Shown here: piece after piece, positions 24,386 to 26,979 of the stretch
Numbering within the stretch: position 1 is the stretch's first letter
Layout of the letters: every line of letters begins with the position of its first letter
Origin: Octopus sinensis
Lineage: Eukaryota
NCBI RefSeq assembly: GCF_006345805.1
Contig: NW_021835583.1
Location: 1-26,979 of the forward strand
Reading direction: 5' to 3'
DNA length: 26,979 bases
Program-made: the position numbers and the translations under genes
Notes under the pieces: generated by a model
What the model saw: only the letters and a program-made list of their open reading frames with translations
Databases searched by the model: none
Told to the model about the DNA's origin: nothing

Positions 24386-24612
24386 GTTTCAAATATAAAT
24401 TTGAGAGAGCTAGGATTAAATATGTACGCGATCGAGTGCCATCGCATAAGTGATATCCAACCAACACGTCCAAAAATATACAGCCGAATGTGAACACGTA
24501 TCTACTATTAATACCCACATGTATGTTACAGGCAATCACTCAGAAACTGCAGTGTTCGATCAGAAATAAATTATAATTTCAATATTAATAATAAAAGGGT
24601 AATTAAATTTAC

Positions 24613-24817
24613 CCTGTGTGGTAAGTAGCTTGCTTACCAATCACATGGTTCCGGGTTCATTCCCACAGTGTGGCACCTTAGGCAAGTGTCTTCTACTATA
24701 GCCTCGGGCCAACCAAAGCCTTGTGAGTGGATTTGATAGACGGAAACTGAAAGAAGCCCGTCGTAATATTATGTATATATATATATATATGTATATGTAT
24801 GTACACACACACACACA

Positions 24818-24884
<67 letters not shown>

Positions 24885-25068
24885 GTATGTGTGTGTGTTT
24901 ATGTGTTTGTGTTTGTCCCCCAACATCTCTTGACAACCGATGGTTGTGTGTTTACGTCTCCGTAATATATACTAGGCTTACAAAGAATAAGTCCTGGGGT
25001 CGATTTGCTTGACTAAAGGTGGTGCTCTAGTATGACCGCAGTCAAATAACTGAAATAAGTAAAAGAGT
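24613..25068 (+). mobile_element. Near full-length octopus-type SINE with an internal (TA)/(CA) microsatellite
   Basis: Head GTGTGGTAAGTAGCTTGCTTACCAATCACATGGTTCCGGGTTCATTCCC; tail CTAGGCTTACAAAGAATAAGTCCTGGGGTCGATTTG...GCAGTCAAATAACTGAAATAAGTAAAAG. Confidence 0.88.
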
Positions 25069-25694
25069 ATATATATATATGTATATATATATGTATATAT
25101 ATATATATATATGTATATATATACATACGCACATACAATTATGTGTGTGAGAGTGCGAGTTCGGGTGTGTTTGTACGTATAAAGATACATATAAACTTAT
25201 ATTTCAACGCACACACGTATACACCCACACACACATATGCACACACGTGTACACACACACTCTCTCACACACACACACACACTCATACATACACACACAC
25301 ATGCCGTCTAAACTATAACAAAGAAGAATCTGTTTGATTTGGATTTGGATATCGTTAGACGTTGGATATTTCCGGTCACAGCCGAAATTATCTCAGTAGA
25401 AATTGGTTAGCTTCCGGTAAAAGGTCAAGTCAATCTGCTAAGGTCGAGACTAATCGTCGTTGTTTATTGTTGTTCTTGTCATTGTTGTTGTTGTTGTGGT
25501 TGACTCTATTATCCTAGATCTTTAGATAGTCATTAATTATAATATAATTATAAAGTTACAGCCGATTCTGCGTAACTAGAGTTTTCTTTTAATGACATAG
25601 TCGCAGGAGGAAGGTCGGCGCCCGTGATTCTTTCCAGGGACGCAGCCGAGACAGATCTGGGGCGGGAAAGAGTTTTATACTTTTTTTTAACCAG

Positions 25695-25975
25695 GAATCT
25701 ATCTATCCGCTCATTCGAAGTCGACTCTCGGTTACTCGATGGATCAGTGTCCTCCAGTCAGTTCTATCCTGGGCCGCTTCTTTCGGATTGGCTATGTCCA
25801 TTCCGGTATCACTCTTGATGGTGTCAAGCCAGCGGGTTCTTGGTTGGCCTCTTCCTCTCTTGCCACTGACCATTCCGAGCATGATGTCCTTCTCCAGGGA
25901 TTTTCTCCGCATAATATGATCAAAATATGCCAGTCTATGCTTGGTGATCCTAGCTTCTAGCGACATTTGACCAGG
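25695..25975 (-). mobile_element. 3' end of an RTE-clade LINE
   Basis: SLEARITKHRLAYFDHIMRRKSLEKDIMLGMVSGKRGRGQPRTRWLDTIK...DRTDWRTLIHRVTESR is the canonical RTE C-terminus. Confidence 0.9.
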
Positions 25976-26385
25976 AATACAACCCAAAATTAAGGTGACA
26001 GACTGAACTTCGCTTGAGTTTACTGTGGGCTTGATGGTGGTGTTTAAAGTAGGTGACGTATTAATTCTATTGTTATTCTTTCCAGGGATCCCTGAGACTG
26101 ATGCGGGGAGAAAATAAGAGACCGAGTGGACTGTGCTTGAGTTAACTAAGGACCAGATGTTGGTGTTTAAAGTGGGCCACGCCATAAACCGAAGACCCAA
26201 AAACAGGAATGATTTTCCGAATGACTTTTTTTTTGGATAACCTTGTTTCACTTACAACGGATTGATCTACCCGGGGCTACGAGAATAGACACGCGTCTAC
26301 AATGACATAGAATTTAATTAAATCAGAACAGATGGACATATTACTATAATTATACATAAAATCTTTAATTAAATTCCTTGTCTTT

Positions 26386-26474
26386 GTGCAGCTGAAGATT
26401 GCTCTGCATTTTAAATTGATGTAATGATTGCATTGTTCAATTAAAAGGAGTTGTGCGAAACGATCGTACTGCAT
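26386..26474 (+). ncRNA. Type I hammerhead ribozyme with long stem II and palindromic GATC loop
   Basis: GTGCAG-CTGAAGA-[58-nt hairpin: GCTC/GAGT, TTTT/AAAA, AATTGA/TCAATT]-GAAAC-GATC-GTA-CTGCAT; cleavage predicted after A26468. Confidence 0.78.
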
Positions 26475-26549
26475 TACCTCTGGATATCCTTGTTGCTTAT
26501 TTTGATTATATATGTATATATATATATATATATATGTAGTCCCGGGTGA

Positions 26550-26920
26550 TTCGGGGTTAACCACGTAAATAGGTACTCAATACATAGCAGAGTAAATTTA
26601 ATTATTATATAGAAGGAGCTTCTACAGGACTAGACTGTTTCATTCAAGAGAAATCTTCAGGAAGCTATTAACAAGAATTGATATGGCATTTATACATTTA
26701 GGCAGTTTAAAGGTGTTGGTGGGGGGACTTTTGGGGGTAGGATAGCGCAAAATATCATACTTGGGGGAGTGGTCCAAGGAGTCAGCGTTAAATTAGATAG
26801 AAGAATAAATAAAAAAATTAAAAAATTAAAAAATATCAAAAAATATAAAAAAATATAAAAATATCTCTAAACAAAAAGGGATAGAGTTTTAGGTAAATAA
26901 GGAGATTCTCACTTATACCT
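26550..26920 (-). mobile_element. Probable Penelope-like element terminal (pLTR) region
   Basis: Carries a complete hammerhead; AT-rich and non-coding. No RT or GIY-YIG ORF is visible, so the call is inferred from the ribozyme association. Confidence 0.45.
26617..26666 (-). ncRNA. Compact type I hammerhead ribozyme
   Basis: Minus strand AGCTTC-CTGAAGA-T-TTC-TCTT-GAA-T-GAA-ACAG-TCTAGTC-CTGT-A-GAAGCT. Stem I is 6 bp and perfect, stem III is 4 bp, the triplet is GUA, and 10.1/11.1 is U.U. Confidence 0.85.
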
Positions 26921-26979
26921 AATGCACATATGTATACATATATACACACACATACAAACATATATACATATACTATACA

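Noticed and set aside
26270-26546. 11-bp inverted repeat CCCGGGGCTAC/GTAGTCCCGGG as MITE ends
   Set aside because: Short, one mismatch and no target-site duplication.

Overview
AT-rich eukaryotic DNA with no prokaryotic features (no operons, rRNA, tRNA genes or CRISPR arrays). It is dominated by microsatellites ((TA)n, (CA)n, (TATC)n, (ATT/ATC)n, (CTA/CCA)n) and decayed transposons. These include tRNA-derived SINEs that I recognise from memory as octopus/coleoid-type (so probably Octopus intronic or intergenic DNA; not verified), CR1-like, RTE and R4/Dong-like LINE fragments, two mariner relics, a non-autonomous Helitron and Penelope-like ends. No intact, recognisable host gene is present, and nearly all listed ORFs are microsatellite artefacts or TE remnants. 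The main hidden signal is seven type I hammerhead-ribozyme-shaped motifs on both strands: three have all conserved core nucleotides, two are variant copies of one ~200-bp ribozyme-headed repeat, and two are decayed. Several have the 2-bp stem III with a palindromic loop typical of dimer-cleaving Penelope-associated hammerheads, each with a different palindrome. There is also a weakly supported chain of plus-strand exon-like islands that splices in phase but contains one in-frame TGA. All folds and alignments were done by eye.
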